Positions 37,230 to 48,171 of a stretch of DNA of 64,000 nucleotides are shown here, piece by piece. The DNA lies in contig OZ316893.1 of NCBI GenBank assembly GCA_973895155.1, forward strand, positions 13,966,359 through 14,030,358, in the 5' to 3' direction. The stretch's first letter is position 1. Each line of letters opens with the position of its first letter. A model generated the notes under the pieces. The model was not told where the DNA came from, did no database searches, and worked only from the letters and a program-made list of their open reading frames with translations. The position numbers and the translations under genes are program-made. This DNA is from Marsupella aquatica. Its lineage: Eukaryota > Plantae > Marchantiophyta.

Positions 37230-38719
37230 TGTATTATTGTCATATTACAACCAAGGGAGAGTATTATAATATAAGTATTACCAGGTTACCCATAGTTAAC
37301 CTAATCTTGTTTAGGACCAGGTCACATGTGTACCATTATATATACTAATAGATAGATGAAGAGGGGGTTGAAACCTCATTAGTTGTGTGATCTAGATGTG
37401 GCATCTCATGCAATGTCTTGGCTATGGTGTCTTTGTACTATAACATATTATAGTTTTTGATAAATATCACAAAGAATGAGGTAAGGTAAATAGTACATTT
37501 TTTACTTGCATTGAAAACACCATCTTGTTCTCTCTTATGCATTGATGGAAAGTAGAGGGATCATCATTGATCCTTGTGCTTGTATGCCTGGGCTTATTTA
37601 CTAATAATTTCACTTTAATTTTCTTTATCTGTTTCCTTTTTGAAAAGTGTTCCTTTCTCCTTTCATTCACACTAAACTTTATTATCTTTGATTTATCCAT
37701 TCCTCTTTTGCTAACTGAATATTTTTTTTTAAACTTTATATTTGAATGACAACCACTATATAAAAGAGTGCAACCTTTGTATTATACTTTTTAATTTGAT
37801 ATATTCTCCTTATCATCTGACTTATTGTGTTCAATTAACCAATTTCAAATAAATTATTAGCATTATTATATTATGAAAAATTATTAGCATTATTATATTA
37901 TGCAATATTGTAGTACCTGCAGTAATAGAGAATATCATATACATTCTGTATTTTTGTACTTATTGAGCATGGATAAAAACCCCTTAATACTCGTGCTTCC
38001 TTTTTTTTCCCATTTGATTCCCCACTTCTTTGTAATGAGGTATTGTATGTTGCGAGCAGCCAGGAGATTTTGATAGCCAGGAGAGTTTGATAGCCAGGAG
38101 ATTTTGATAGCCAGACAATAATGGCTCCAAATTTCAGTTGCTTTTTGGTGCCTTTTGCATTTTTGTGTTTTTTTAAAGACTCCAGATGGCTAGCGAGCTA
38201 GCTAGCAAAAAGGGAGTCCCTAAAAGGGATGTTACCAACCAGGTAGTTGATAGCGAGGCAGTTGCATGTAGAAAAATAGGGGTCATGCAAGAATTTTTTT
38301 TGCTAGTGCGAGGAAATTTTTTATTGTTTGCTCGCACATTACAATTACCTGATTGTAATACACTTGTTTGTAATACACTAAATTTAATATAGTCTTTACT
38401 CCTTCCATTTGACCACTTGATAGTATTTTTTTTTTACACTGCAAATTTGAATTACCACTCTAAAAAGTGGTGCAACTTTTTATTATAGTCTTTAATAATA
38501 ATATAGTATATATCAAACTGCCAAAGAGCAGGAGGCGCTGAACTGGGAGACAGGATCCCACAGGCCAAAAAACCCAATCAAGGGAAAACAAGAAAAAAGG
38601 CCAAAAGGCCAAAGAGCAAAAACAAAAAAGACCAGGCACAAGCCCAGCCCAAGGAGAACAAAGGACACACAAACCTAAAGACTACCCAACGGCAAAGTGA
38701 AGGGCCTGATAAAGCTCCG

Positions 38720-40797
38720 TCGTGAACTGCATAGGGGGGTCAAGCAATGGAATCCGACTAGATGCCCGGACTCCAACCGCCTTGCCTCTACGAAGGATAG
38801 TGAAGGCCTGTGCACGCTGAAGTGCAATGGACACCCTCTATCTAAAAAAGGATGTGATAACAGAGACTGGTGGATAAGGCCACCGCTCGACATAATGAAC
38901 CGCACAGGAGCGCAAAAACTGGTCAAAAGTCGGGTGCAACGCTCCAAAGACCTCCACGGCAAACGGGTAGAAAAGGTCCCCTGGGTAACGCGTAGCATAA
39001 GCCTCCTCCTTGAGGCGAGCAGCCCTCGTGGCAGCATGACCTGGGATGTGGGCAACGGACGCCAAATTGGCTCCACTAGTGGGGTCAGCAACAACCACAT
39101 CCCCAAGGGCACGAACACCAGCACAAGAGAAAACCAAATTGGCCCGACGCCTGTCCGGTACTCCATCCCGGGGTGGTAACACATGTCGTTGCTCCATCAT
39201 AACATGATACCCAGAATCACGAGCGATGGCGGCTACCACATCCCGGATGTCATCGTGTGTCGCCGTCCGCTCACTACCATGACCACATCGTAGGATATGG
39301 ATTCCCCCCTATCCAAGGGCGCTCCACAAACACATGTGGGTTGCCCAAGGAGGCATGGGTGGGGAAGACCAAGACGGAGGCGCAAGGAAGTGGTGAAGAC
39401 AAAAGAACTCATACGAAAGGGGGCCCACAATGGGCTCGCAGATAACCAAGCCCCCGAACCAACGCCCGAACCGGATAAAAGATGCGCTCAAACCAAGTCA
39501 GAGGGTGTGTCGGAAAGCATGCTAGAAAGGGTGAATCGGTGCATGCGATCAGAGATCACCTGTTGAACTCGGTCGGGACTGTCCAAAATAACTCCCTCAA
39601 AAGTAGGGACCCCGCTCTGCACATCCTCCGGTAATAAGGACCGGGCATGACGAAGCTGGATCTGAAAAGGGAGAGCTCCGTTCTCCACTCCCATGACCGA
39701 GTCAGAGAGGATAGGCCGAAGGTCCACAATGAAACGTGACGCCAAGGCCGGGGCCACCTGCGCCCAGCTGCCAAGAAATGCACAAGGAGCAGCAACCACA
39801 GCCAAGGACACCCCCAAACCACCTCCCGATGGGGGCAGAGACGCCTGCCTAGCCGCAAAAGAACCATCCTCTCCATCAAGGGCTCCAGGACCGATGAGGT
39901 GACCAAAGACCCGCATCACGGTGGTGTCAAAGGAAGAGAGCAAGGACAAAAACGCTGGGGTGGGGGGGGGACCGTCCGCAGAAGGTATGATGGTCGGCGA
40001 ACAAAACACAAAACCAGAATCAATTAAGAAGGCAATCTGGACATCCCCCAAAGCCACCAGCTGGTCAAGGTGCGCAACATCCTGGTCCAAGGCAGACTGT
40101 AGAAACTCCTGCTCAAAGGCCATCCCCCCAAACGGCACCCCAAGGACCCGAATGCCATCATGTCTAATGGGGATATCAAGAGGGGGGGAGAATGAGTCCG
40201 GGAGAGGAAGACGGGACCAGACCCCACACTTCCTAGGCTGTACTGACAAACCAATAATGGCAAGCTGCTGAACAAAATGGATATAGGCATCTCCAAGAAG
40301 CAAGGCAGGAGCAACAATGTGAGTATTGTCAGCAACAGAGGGGAACAAGCAACCTGGAAAAGCACCAGAAGATGCCCGGATGGCCCGAAGATGAGCCAAG
40401 GCAAACAACGCACCACCAAGGGGATCCCCCTGCCGGGTGCCGGACTCTGACATAATGGTGGAGTATGTCCCAGACGCTAGATGGTCAGAGTAGACCAAGG
40501 GGGCAGGGGTCCCATAAAAAGCCCGAGCAAAAGGGATGAGGGATGCAATCTCCCCCCCAGCATCCCGAAGCTCCTCGAAAGTCACATGACGGGAGACAGA
40601 GTTGAAGGCATTGGCAACATCCACCTGAATGACCCCCCAATCAGGGTGGAGGTCCAAAACAGCACGCAAGCCATGTACCACGCTCTCACAACCGCCCGGG
40701 GTGGCCACGCCGAACTGGTGGGGGAAGAAGTGTGAAGCAAACGGTGCCCTCATCTGTAAACAAATGCAGCAGCTAACCAGACGATACAGGACCTCCC
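38720..40797 (-). pseudogene. CRE ORF, C-terminal part (RT core, zinc knuckle, RLE)
   Basis: ORFs 39488-40864 (its first residues are LTR-derived), 39233-39430 and 38838-39239; frameshifts, stops and catalytic D-to-N changes. Confidence 0.85.
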
Positions 40798-41218
40798 TGT
40801 TGAGCATAGACGACGATCGCAACGGCAAGCCCATGAACCATCCAACGCACAATAGTCGACACAAGAGATACGTGGTTCACCTCCTTGAGGCTACGTCCAC
40901 GGGAACACACAAGAGAGCTTTACTGAACTCTAAGCCCGTCGGCTATACCGAGTCTCCACAGTGTAAGCTCTCCCTATCTCTCAAGTGGCTCCATAACAAT
41001 GAGCCTTGGTTCTACCTCTCCAAGCACACATGCCTCTTATGATATAGTGTGCAACGTAGTTGTACCTAACCACATAGTTGTACCTAATCACGTAGTTGTA
41101 CCTAACCACATAGTTGTACCTAATCACGTAGTTGTACCTAACCACGTAGTTGTACCAACCCACGTTGTTGTACCAACCACGTCATACCTAACCTAGACGT
41201 AAGAGTAAATACCCAACA
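40798..41218 (-). repeat. 3' LTR (421 bp)
   Basis: TGTTG...CAACA; identical to the 5' LTR apart from one substitution and two fewer 18-bp units. Confidence 0.97.
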
Positions 41219-41235
41219 ATCTTCCCCTTGACTCT
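41219..41235 (-). other. Polypurine tract
   Basis: Minus strand AGAGTCAAGGGGAAGAT immediately before the 3' LTR. Confidence 0.9.
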
Positions 41236-41409
41236 GGTCTAGGGGAGAGTAATACTGCCAATGTATATGATCCCTCAGCGGGAAGTTCTGGACAGAAACC
41301 AAACCGGTTTCCCTCTCTAACTAGAGCAAACCAGAACTAAGCCGTAGCCTAATACATAGGAATGAGGAAGAGCATATATCAGTAATTACAATGAATGTTT
41401 AAGAAAACT

Positions 41410-44400
41410 CTACTTGTGATGCAATTGCAAAACCTGCAATACGTCACGGTGTCTAGAGAAACTCTCCAAAGGAATCACTTTGGTAAATGCGTCAGCCGGG
41501 TTGAGTTTACCATCAATCTTGACTAGCTCAAACAATTTATCAGACACAGCCTGCCTGATAAAATGGTACCTGACGTCAATGTGCTTCACTCTGCTGTCCA
41601 TCACCTGGTTCACAGCAAGGTGGAGCGCACTTTGACTATCACAATGGAGCTTCACATTCCCCTGTGGCAATCCCATTTCAGTGATAAGTCTATCCAACCA
41701 AATCGCTTCCTTTGCTGCTTCCGCAGCTGCAACATACTCCGCTTCTGTAGTAGACTGAGCAATACACTTCTGCAAAGTAGACCTCCAACTTATGCATCCA
41801 CCGCCAAGTGTGAACACGTATCCTGTTGTTGATCTCCTTCGGTCCAAATCTTGTCCATAGTCAGAATCTACATAGCCAATCAATGATCTAGCATTCTTTG
41901 TATTCGCATCAAATAAAAGACCATGATCCACGGTACCCTTCAAGTACCTGATAATCCACTTCACTGCTTCCCAGTGTACCTTCCCTGGATTCGACATGTA
42001 CCTGCTCACCTTGCCCATAGCCATGGCAAGATCAGGTCTAGTGCAAGTCATCAAATACATGAGACTCCCCACTGCCTTGTCATATGGAACCTTTGACATC
42101 AACCCCTTCTCTGTGTCATCCGTAGGACAGAACGCTGATGATAACTTGAAGTGTGGAGCCAACGGGGTACTTACTGGCTTGCTATTCTCCATGTTGAACC
42201 TTGCAATTACCTTCCTCGCATAACTGCTCTGCGTCAACCATAGCTTGCCAGCCTCCAAGTCCCTAGTGATCTCCATACCCAAAATCCTCTTAGCTGGCCC
42301 TAAGTCCTTCATCTTAAACTCTGCACTAAGCAGTGCCTTGAGCTTAACAATCTCAGACCTATCCTTGGCTGCAATTAGCATGTCATCCACATAAAGTACT
42401 AAAACAATGAACCCAAAGACAACATTCTTCACCGGTTTCAAATACACACAAGGGTCAAATACACTTCTGTGAAAACCTTGTGACCGAATCCAATCGTCAA
42501 ACCGCTTGTTCCACTGTCTTGGTGACTGCTTCAACCCATACAAGGATTTCAGCAATCTGCAAACCAATTCCTCCTGTCCTCTCTTCACAAAACCTAGCGG
42601 TTGTCTCATGAAGATCACCTCTTCCAATGTGCCATAGAGGAAAGCTGTGACAACATCCATCTGATCTAGGAGCAGACCAAACATTACAACAAGTACACAC
42701 AATAGTCGTATTGTAGAGTACTTAGCAACTGGTGAGAAGACCTCATTGTAATCCACACCTTTCTCTTGTGTGAATCCCTTTGCTACCAATCTAGCCTTGT
42801 AGACCTTCGATCCACCTCCTATGGAATTATCCTTCAGCTTGTAAATCCACTTGCTGTCCACCACTTGCTGACCCTTAGGCAGCTTAACAAGCTCCCAAGT
42901 TTTGTTGTCCTTTAGTGACTGCATCTCTGTTTGCATTGCTGCAGTCCACTTTTGCTTCTCCTTTGAAGCACTTGCCTCATGAAATGAAGAAGGTTCTCCT
43001 TCTTCCAAAATTAACGCATCACCCTCATCATCAGCTGTAAAATCATCCTCTTGCAGTTGAGATGAATCAACCCACTGTCCATACCTTGATGGAGCGCGTA
43101 CAGTGCGACCAGATGTTCTTCTAGCCGATGACTCCGGTTGATCTGCGTGTGCTGGTACAATTTGAAGCTCAACAGCATCCACTTGCTGCTCACCAGCATC
43201 AACAAACTCCTCTGGTTCCTCTGGCACAGGAACCAGCTCCATAATTGGAGCAACTCCTTCTCTCCGGTCATGCACCTCATAACCAATCTCCCCCTCAACG
43301 AGATCCGGGATAGGAGATTTTCTTTTGTCAGTACGGGAGACCTGAGTATTCTCCCCCTCCTTCAATAATCTGGATTCATTGAAGGAAACATCCCTACTGA
43401 CAACGAGCTTACAGGCAATAGGATCCCATAGCCTATAGGCTTTCACACCACTCTGGTACCCAAGAAAAACACATTTCCTGGAGGTAGGATCCAACTTGGT
43501 CCTATTCTGCTTTGGTGTGAGAGCATATGCATCACTTCCAAAAATTACCAAGCCATGATAGTCTGCTTGCCGCTTATAGCGCATCTCAAACGGCGTTTTG
43601 AAATTGATAGCACTAGAAGGAGAAAGATTTACCAAATAAGCTGCGGTATTGACAGCTTCTGCCCAAAATTCTTGTGGTAAACCTGATTGGCTCAACATAC
43701 TCCGTGACCGCTCCAACAGTGTCCGATTGAGCCTCTCAGCGACACCATTCTGCTGCGGAGTATAAACTGTGGTGAGATGGCGAGTTATCCCCTGTTCTGA
43801 ACAGTACTCTTCAAATTCCATTGAAGTGTACTCCCCGCCGTTGTCTGACCTCAAACTCTTCACCCTTGTATCCAAACACTTGATCGTGTTTCCAGTCTGA
43901 TTCTCCACCTGGGCCTTCCATTTCTTAAAAATGGACAAGACATCAGACTTATGCGTCATGAAATAAATCCACACAAATCTTGAGTAATCATCAATAAATG
44001 ATACATAGTACAACTTTCCAGAGTGTGAGGGAGTCGGGGATGGACCCCACACGTCACTATGTATGTACTCAAGAACCGCTTTGGAACGATGAGTTCCAAC
44101 ACCAAAAGCACGACGATGCTGCTTTCCAAGAATGCAATGCTCACAAAACTCTAATTTACAAGATTGCAAATCAGAAATGAGTCCATTCTTCCGTAAGATA
44201 GCCAAACCCTTCTCACTCATGTGGCCTAGCCGTGAATGCCACAGTTGAGTCATCTCCTCGTGAGACTTGGTTACATTGGCCTCTCCACATACAGTATTGC
44301 CCTGTAACACATACAAATTCTTTTGTCTACTCCCCTTCAAAATCACTGTCTCTCCCGACCTGACTTGAAGTTCACCATCAATAACGCTCCATTGATGACC

Positions 44401-44682
44401 ATTTGAATCCAACACACCGAGTGAAATCAGATTCTTACGCATGCCAGGTACATACCTGACTCCGGACACTGTGCGCACAGCGCCATCAAACATTTGAATC
44501 TTCACAAACCCAATTCCCTCAATTTGACAGGAGTGATCATTTCCCATCAGAACTGAACCGTTTGAAATAGAGTAAGAACTGAAAAACTCACGAATGTAAC
44601 AAATATGAAAAGAGCAAGCACAATCAAGAATCCACACATCATCTGCTCTCCTAGATGACGTGCACAGGGCATACCCTCGGCT
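41410..44682 (-). CDS. pol: Copia Pol (protease, GAG-pre-integrase, integrase, RT, RNase H); intact frame that begins directly after the gag stop
   Basis: WILDCACSFH; LWHSRLGH...CEHC; HSDVWG, IDDYSR, RSDNGGEY, QQNGVAER; YKARLVAKG, QMDVVTAFL, LYVDDML; GYVDSD, STTEAEY, KHIDVRYHF. The ORF-track start at 44637 is a GTG, not an ATG. Confidence 0.95.
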   Translation of the reverse strand, partial: SRGYALCTSSRRADDVWILDCACSFHICYIREFFSSYSISNGSVLMGNDHSCQIEGIGFVKIQMFDGAVRTVSGVRYVPGMRKNLISLGVLDSNGHQWSVIDGELQVRSGETVILKGSRQKNLYVLQGNTVCGEANVTKSHEEMTQLWHSRLGHMSEKGLAILRKNGLISDLQSCKLEFCEHCILGKQHRRAFGVGTHRSKAVLEYIHSDVWGPSPTPSHSGKLYYVSFIDDYSRFVWIYFMTHKSDVLSIFKKWKAQVENQTGNTIKCLDTRVKSLRSDNGGEYTSMEFEEYCSEQGITRHLTTVYTPQQNGVAERLNRTLLERSRSMLSQSGLPQEFWAEAVNTAAYLVNLSPSSAINFKTPFEMRYKRQADYHGLVIFGSDAYALTPKQNRTKLDPTSRKCVFLGYQSGVKAYRLWDPIACKLVVSRDVSFNESRLLKEGENTQVSRTDKRKSPIPDLVEGEIGYEVHDRREGVAPIMELVPVPEEPEEFVDAGEQQVDAVELQIVPAHADQPESSARRTSGRTVRAPSRYGQWVDSSQLQEDDFTADDEGDALILEEGEPSSFHEASASKEKQKWTAAMQTEMQSLKDNKTWELVKLPKGQQVVDSKWIYKLKDNSIGGGSKVYKARLVAKGFTQEKGVDYNEVFSPVAKYSTIRLLCVLVVMFGLLLDQMDVVTAFLYGTLEEVIFMRQPLGFVKRGQEELVCRLLKSLYGLKQSPRQWNKRFDDWIRSQGFHRSVFDPCVYLKPVKNVVFGFIVLVLYVDDMLIAAKDRSEIVKLKALLSAEFKMKDLGPAKRILGMEITRDLEAGKLWLTQSSYARKVIARFNMENSKPVSTPLAPHFKLSSAFCPTDDTEKGLMSKVPYDKAVGSLMYLMTCTRPDLAMAMGKVSRYMSNPGKVHWEAVKWIIRYLKGTVDHGLLFDANTKNARSLIGYVDSDYGQDLDRRRSTTGYVFTLGGGCISWRSTLQKCIAQSTTEAEYVAAAEAAKEAIWLDRLITEMGLPQGNVKLHCDSQSALHLAVNQVMDSRVKHIDVRYHFIRQAVSDKLFELVKIDGKLNPADAFTKVIPLESFSRHRDVLQVLQLHHK

Positions 44683-45717
44683 TCATAAAACATACTCATC
44701 ATTGAGTAAATCAGCTTCTCCATCAGCCCTAGCCACATTTGCCGATGAAGTTTCCGCTGCCTTTCCCTTACAGTCTCGCTTGAAGTGTCCAACTTGGTTG
44801 CACTTCCAACATGTCACCTGCCTCCTCTGAGGGGATTTACCCTTGGACTTAGATCTGGATTTAGATCTAAACTGGGTTCTACGGTCCCCAGTTGGTCGCT
44901 GCATACTCCTCCCACGGTTAACATTGAGGGCAGCACCAGATGATGAAGGCTGTGACGTGATGTGCATCTTCTGCTGAAGATCATCACTAAGCAGAGAACT
45001 TACCACGTCATTGTATGAAATGGTATCCCTATCACGATGCAACAACACTCGTGATAGGGACTGGTAAGATGGAGGCAATGAACTAAGAAGCTGCAGAGCC
45101 TTCGTCTCATCATTCAAAGTCTCCCCAAGGTTTTCCAAGTCAACGACCATGTCGTTGAAAGCATCCACATGGTCTTGCAACTTCGTACCAGATTCCTTCA
45201 TCCTGAAACTCATCAGTTTGTAGGAAGTGTAGAGCCGGTTCGACAACTCCTTGCGGTGATACTTGCTCTGCAATTCCGCAAATAAGGACATGCAATCCTT
45301 ATGTGCACCCAACTGCTTGATGATGGGAGGCATGAGATAGAGTGTAACACACCACACTCCCTGCTCCTGCATGCGGTCCCATTGTTTCTCATCAACATCG
45401 TCTTCACGAGGGCTCAGCAGTTGGCCCATCCCTGACGCATAAAGCACTCCCTTCACCTGCTTCTCCCATAGCAAGTAGTCAGAGCGCCCATCATACTTTG
45501 TCACTTCATACTTGGGTCCCCCAAGCTTGAAAGTCCCCATCTTCTTCTTTACCGTGAGCTCCGGTAGTAGTACTGCTTCCTCCACCACACGCCGCACCGG
45601 TGATGGTATCGGTGTCACGTGCTCTTCCTCCTGCTCCTCTCTCTGCCCCTGAAACCTCCGCGGTGACCCTCGTGCTTCAAGTTCCACGTCTTCGAAAAAC
45701 TCCTCCGAATCACTCAT
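44683..45717 (-). CDS. gag: Copia Gag, 344 aa
   Basis: VTKYDGRSDYLLW, LLSSLPPSY, CCHC knuckle CWKCNQVGHFKRDC; ends in TGA in frame with pol. Confidence 0.93.
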   Translation of the reverse strand: MSDSEEFFEDVELEARGSPRRFQGQREEQEEEHVTPIPSPVRRVVEEAVLLPELTVKKKMGTFKLGGPKYEVTKYDGRSDYLLWEKQVKGVLYASGMGQLLSPREDDVDEKQWDRMQEQGVWCVTLYLMPPIIKQLGAHKDCMSLFAELQSKYHRKELSNRLYTSYKLMSFRMKESGTKLQDHVDAFNDMVVDLENLGETLNDETKALQLLSSLPPSYQSLSRVLLHRDRDTISYNDVVSSLLSDDLQQKMHITSQPSSSGAALNVNRGRSMQRPTGDRRTQFRSKSRSKSKGKSPQRRQVTCWKCNQVGHFKRDCKGKAAETSSANVARADGEADLLNDEYVL

Positions 45718-46857
45718 ATGAGAAAGTCACAAAAAATGTTGTTTTTCACAACTTCTCAAAAAACTCGAAACTCAACACCGCCGCGTAGCCCACAAAGCTA
45801 GGAGTCCAATACTGAAAACCGAAATCAAAATCGAAATTTGACGGAAAAGTTATTCAAATTTCGGTCGAGGTGGGTAAAACCTTGGGAAACTCCCCCGTTT
45901 TGACCACCTCAGGGAATAACCGAAATACCAAGTACAACCCGTTGTCGGAATTGCGATGTGATTGGTGCGCTGCATTGCCAACTTCAATGGCTACGACCTC
46001 GCCGAAAAATAACCAAAAAAGTTACCGTTCGGCGGATGAAATCTTTGTCGGACGGTCAAAAAATAGCTCTCTGGTTTTTTGGAATATTCTATGACCCTTG
46101 TACAGGCCCTGTGGGAATTTTGGAAGAACAATCGAGGGGCTGACATGTGTCCTCGAACCCCCAAAACCCCCTACCACCCTTCGTCGTCGAAATCTGGTCG
46201 CGCGCGCAGAAAATACACACGGCAGAATGTACCCCTCGACACCAAACGCAAGATATCTCACTCGGGTTTTGACTAAATCAAGATCCGATTTCAGATTTGG
46301 AAACTAGACTCCGAGGCGATGAAGATCGATATAAGAAGCACCCAAAACGAGGAAAGAACGAGGGAGAAAAAAATTGGTAAAGATGACAGATTTCTCTCAA
46401 TTGCCATAGCCAATTTCGAATCAGTTTTTCAAAGAGAAAAAAATGGTACCTTGTCAACAACGAATGTTGATCAATTGCACTTGGTGTCGTCACCAAGTCC
46501 AACAAGGTAATTGATTTTGCTTAGCCTTCCTCTTTGCATCAAAGAGCCAATCCCGGACTCAAAAACAATCGTCTTGCCTCAATCTCTCCGTTGAGTCAAA
46601 ACACTTGACGCTTCTCCCTCCGAGTCGATTGCCAACTTTCTTCACAAAATCCAGAACGACGAAAACTTAGATCTCTCTGCACCACGAGCTCCGTTCAACG
46701 ATTTCTTCACACCGTTAGAAAGCTCTTGCCCTGATCTATCCGTTGAGCCCATAAACTCCAAGTTCCATGCGATGGAACTCTGGAAAATCCACCAACACTC
46801 AACGCTGGAAAAACCGTCATGAAATCCCGTCACGAACACACGTCACCTCCCAAGCAT

Positions 46858-46869
46858 GCTCTGATACCA
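46858..46869 (-). other. Primer-binding site (tRNA-iMet)
   Basis: Minus strand TGGTATCAGAGC, 2 nt after the 5' LTR. Confidence 0.95.
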
Positions 46870-46871
46870 AT

Positions 46872-47328
46872 TGTTGAGCATAGACGACGATCGCAACGGC
46901 AAGCCCATGAACCATCCAACGCACAATAGTCGACACAAGAGATACGTGGTTCACCTCCTTGAGGCTACGTCCACGGGAACACACAAGAGAGCTTTACTGA
47001 ACTCTAAGCCCGTCGGCTATACCGAGTCTCCACAGTGTAAGCTCTCCCTATCTCTCAAGTGGCTCCATAACAATGAGCCTTGGTTCTACCTCTCCAAGCA
47101 CACATGCCTCTTATGATATAGTGTGCAACTTAGTTGTACCTAACCACATAGTTGTACCTAATCACGTAGTTGTACCTAACCACATAGTTGTACCTAATCA
47201 CGTAGTTGTACCTAACCACATAGTTGTACCTAATCACGTAGTTGTACCTAACCACGTAGTTGTACCAACCCACGTTGTTGTACCAACCACGTCATACCTA
47301 ACCTAGACGTAAGAGTAAATACCCAACA
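46872..47328 (-). repeat. 5' LTR (457 bp)
   Basis: Adjacent to the PBS; nine 17-18 bp U3 units versus seven in the 3' LTR. Confidence 0.97.
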
Positions 47329-48171
47329 CTCCCCAATGGCCAGGGGTCGAACACCACCCGTCTCCTTGGCCAAAGCCATGAGCCGACACGCCCCCAAGAG
47401 CCGAGCGACAACAGGCGGAATGCAGCCACCTGTAACATGAGCACACACCTGGAACAACTCCTGGAAACCTGACGCCGAGTCATCGGGGGAGAAGCAGTCC
47501 CTGAGGTGCTCAAACCTCATCCTAGAGATGCCCCAAGCGGAAAGACGGGGCAAATGAAGGAAGACAGAGGAAAAAATCTCGCGAGAAAGGGAGAACTCAA
47601 CCTCTGGAGAGAAGCTCCCAATGAAACCTGGAACCGCGCAAGAAGCCGGGGGATGAAGGGACCAAAGGGCCGCAACCGTCTCGACCGAAGGAGGAGAGGG
47701 GGAAAGGGGAACCAAGGAACGTGCGGCCTGAGAAAACTCCCCCTCCTGTCCCAACGAAAGGCATCGGCGAAGGCGGCGCTGGACAGGAGGGACCAGAGGT
47801 TCCTCCTCAAACTCCCTAGAGGCCAACGCAAGAAGCCGGTGATAGAACTCCTCCTGAAGCAAAATCCAGTCCCCCGACAAAAACCGTTGCAACCTAGCAA
47901 TGGTCTCCCTATGCCCGTTGCAACCTGGCAATGGTCTCCCTATGCACAGAGGAGGAGGAAGCACGAAGAGCGGGACATGAGCGACGATGGCGAGTCAGAC
48001 CAGATGGTTGGTACCAACTGTGACAAGCATCACACTGGACATGGGAATCAGAAGGAGAAGTGGGGGGGGGGAAGAGGGGCGGATCCGGCGAGCTGAACGA
48101 GGGGTGGAAGATGGGGAAGCCATAGGGACAAGAGTGGTAGGTGGTGAACTAGGATAGGAGAGGGGTTCCAT
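47329..48171 (-). pseudogene. CRE ORF, N-terminal part (zinc finger and RT N-terminus)
   Basis: RLQRFLSGDW, GEFSQAARSL, LHPP, GISRMRFEHL, LMALAKETGGVRPLAIGE. A 31-bp tandem duplication (47884-47945) shifts the frame after the zinc finger. Start codon uncertain. Confidence 0.8.

Larger units (their letters stand above)
40798..47328 (-). mobile_element. Young full-length Ty1/copia LTR retrotransposon (6531 bp), Tork/Tnt1-like
   Basis: TG...CA LTRs, 5-bp TSD CTCCC (40793-40797 and 47329-47333), tRNA-iMet PBS, PPT, and PR-INT-RT-RH order. Confidence 0.98.

Noticed and set aside
39488-40864. Group II intron, retron or other prokaryotic RT system
   Set aside because: The downstream CCHC plus RLE and the upstream zinc finger identify a non-LTR retrotransposon; the ORF's first residues come from the copia LTR.
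40981-47306. VVPNH / YNYVVR repeat peptides in LTR ORFs
   Set aside because: Translations of the 18-bp U3 tandem array, not genes.
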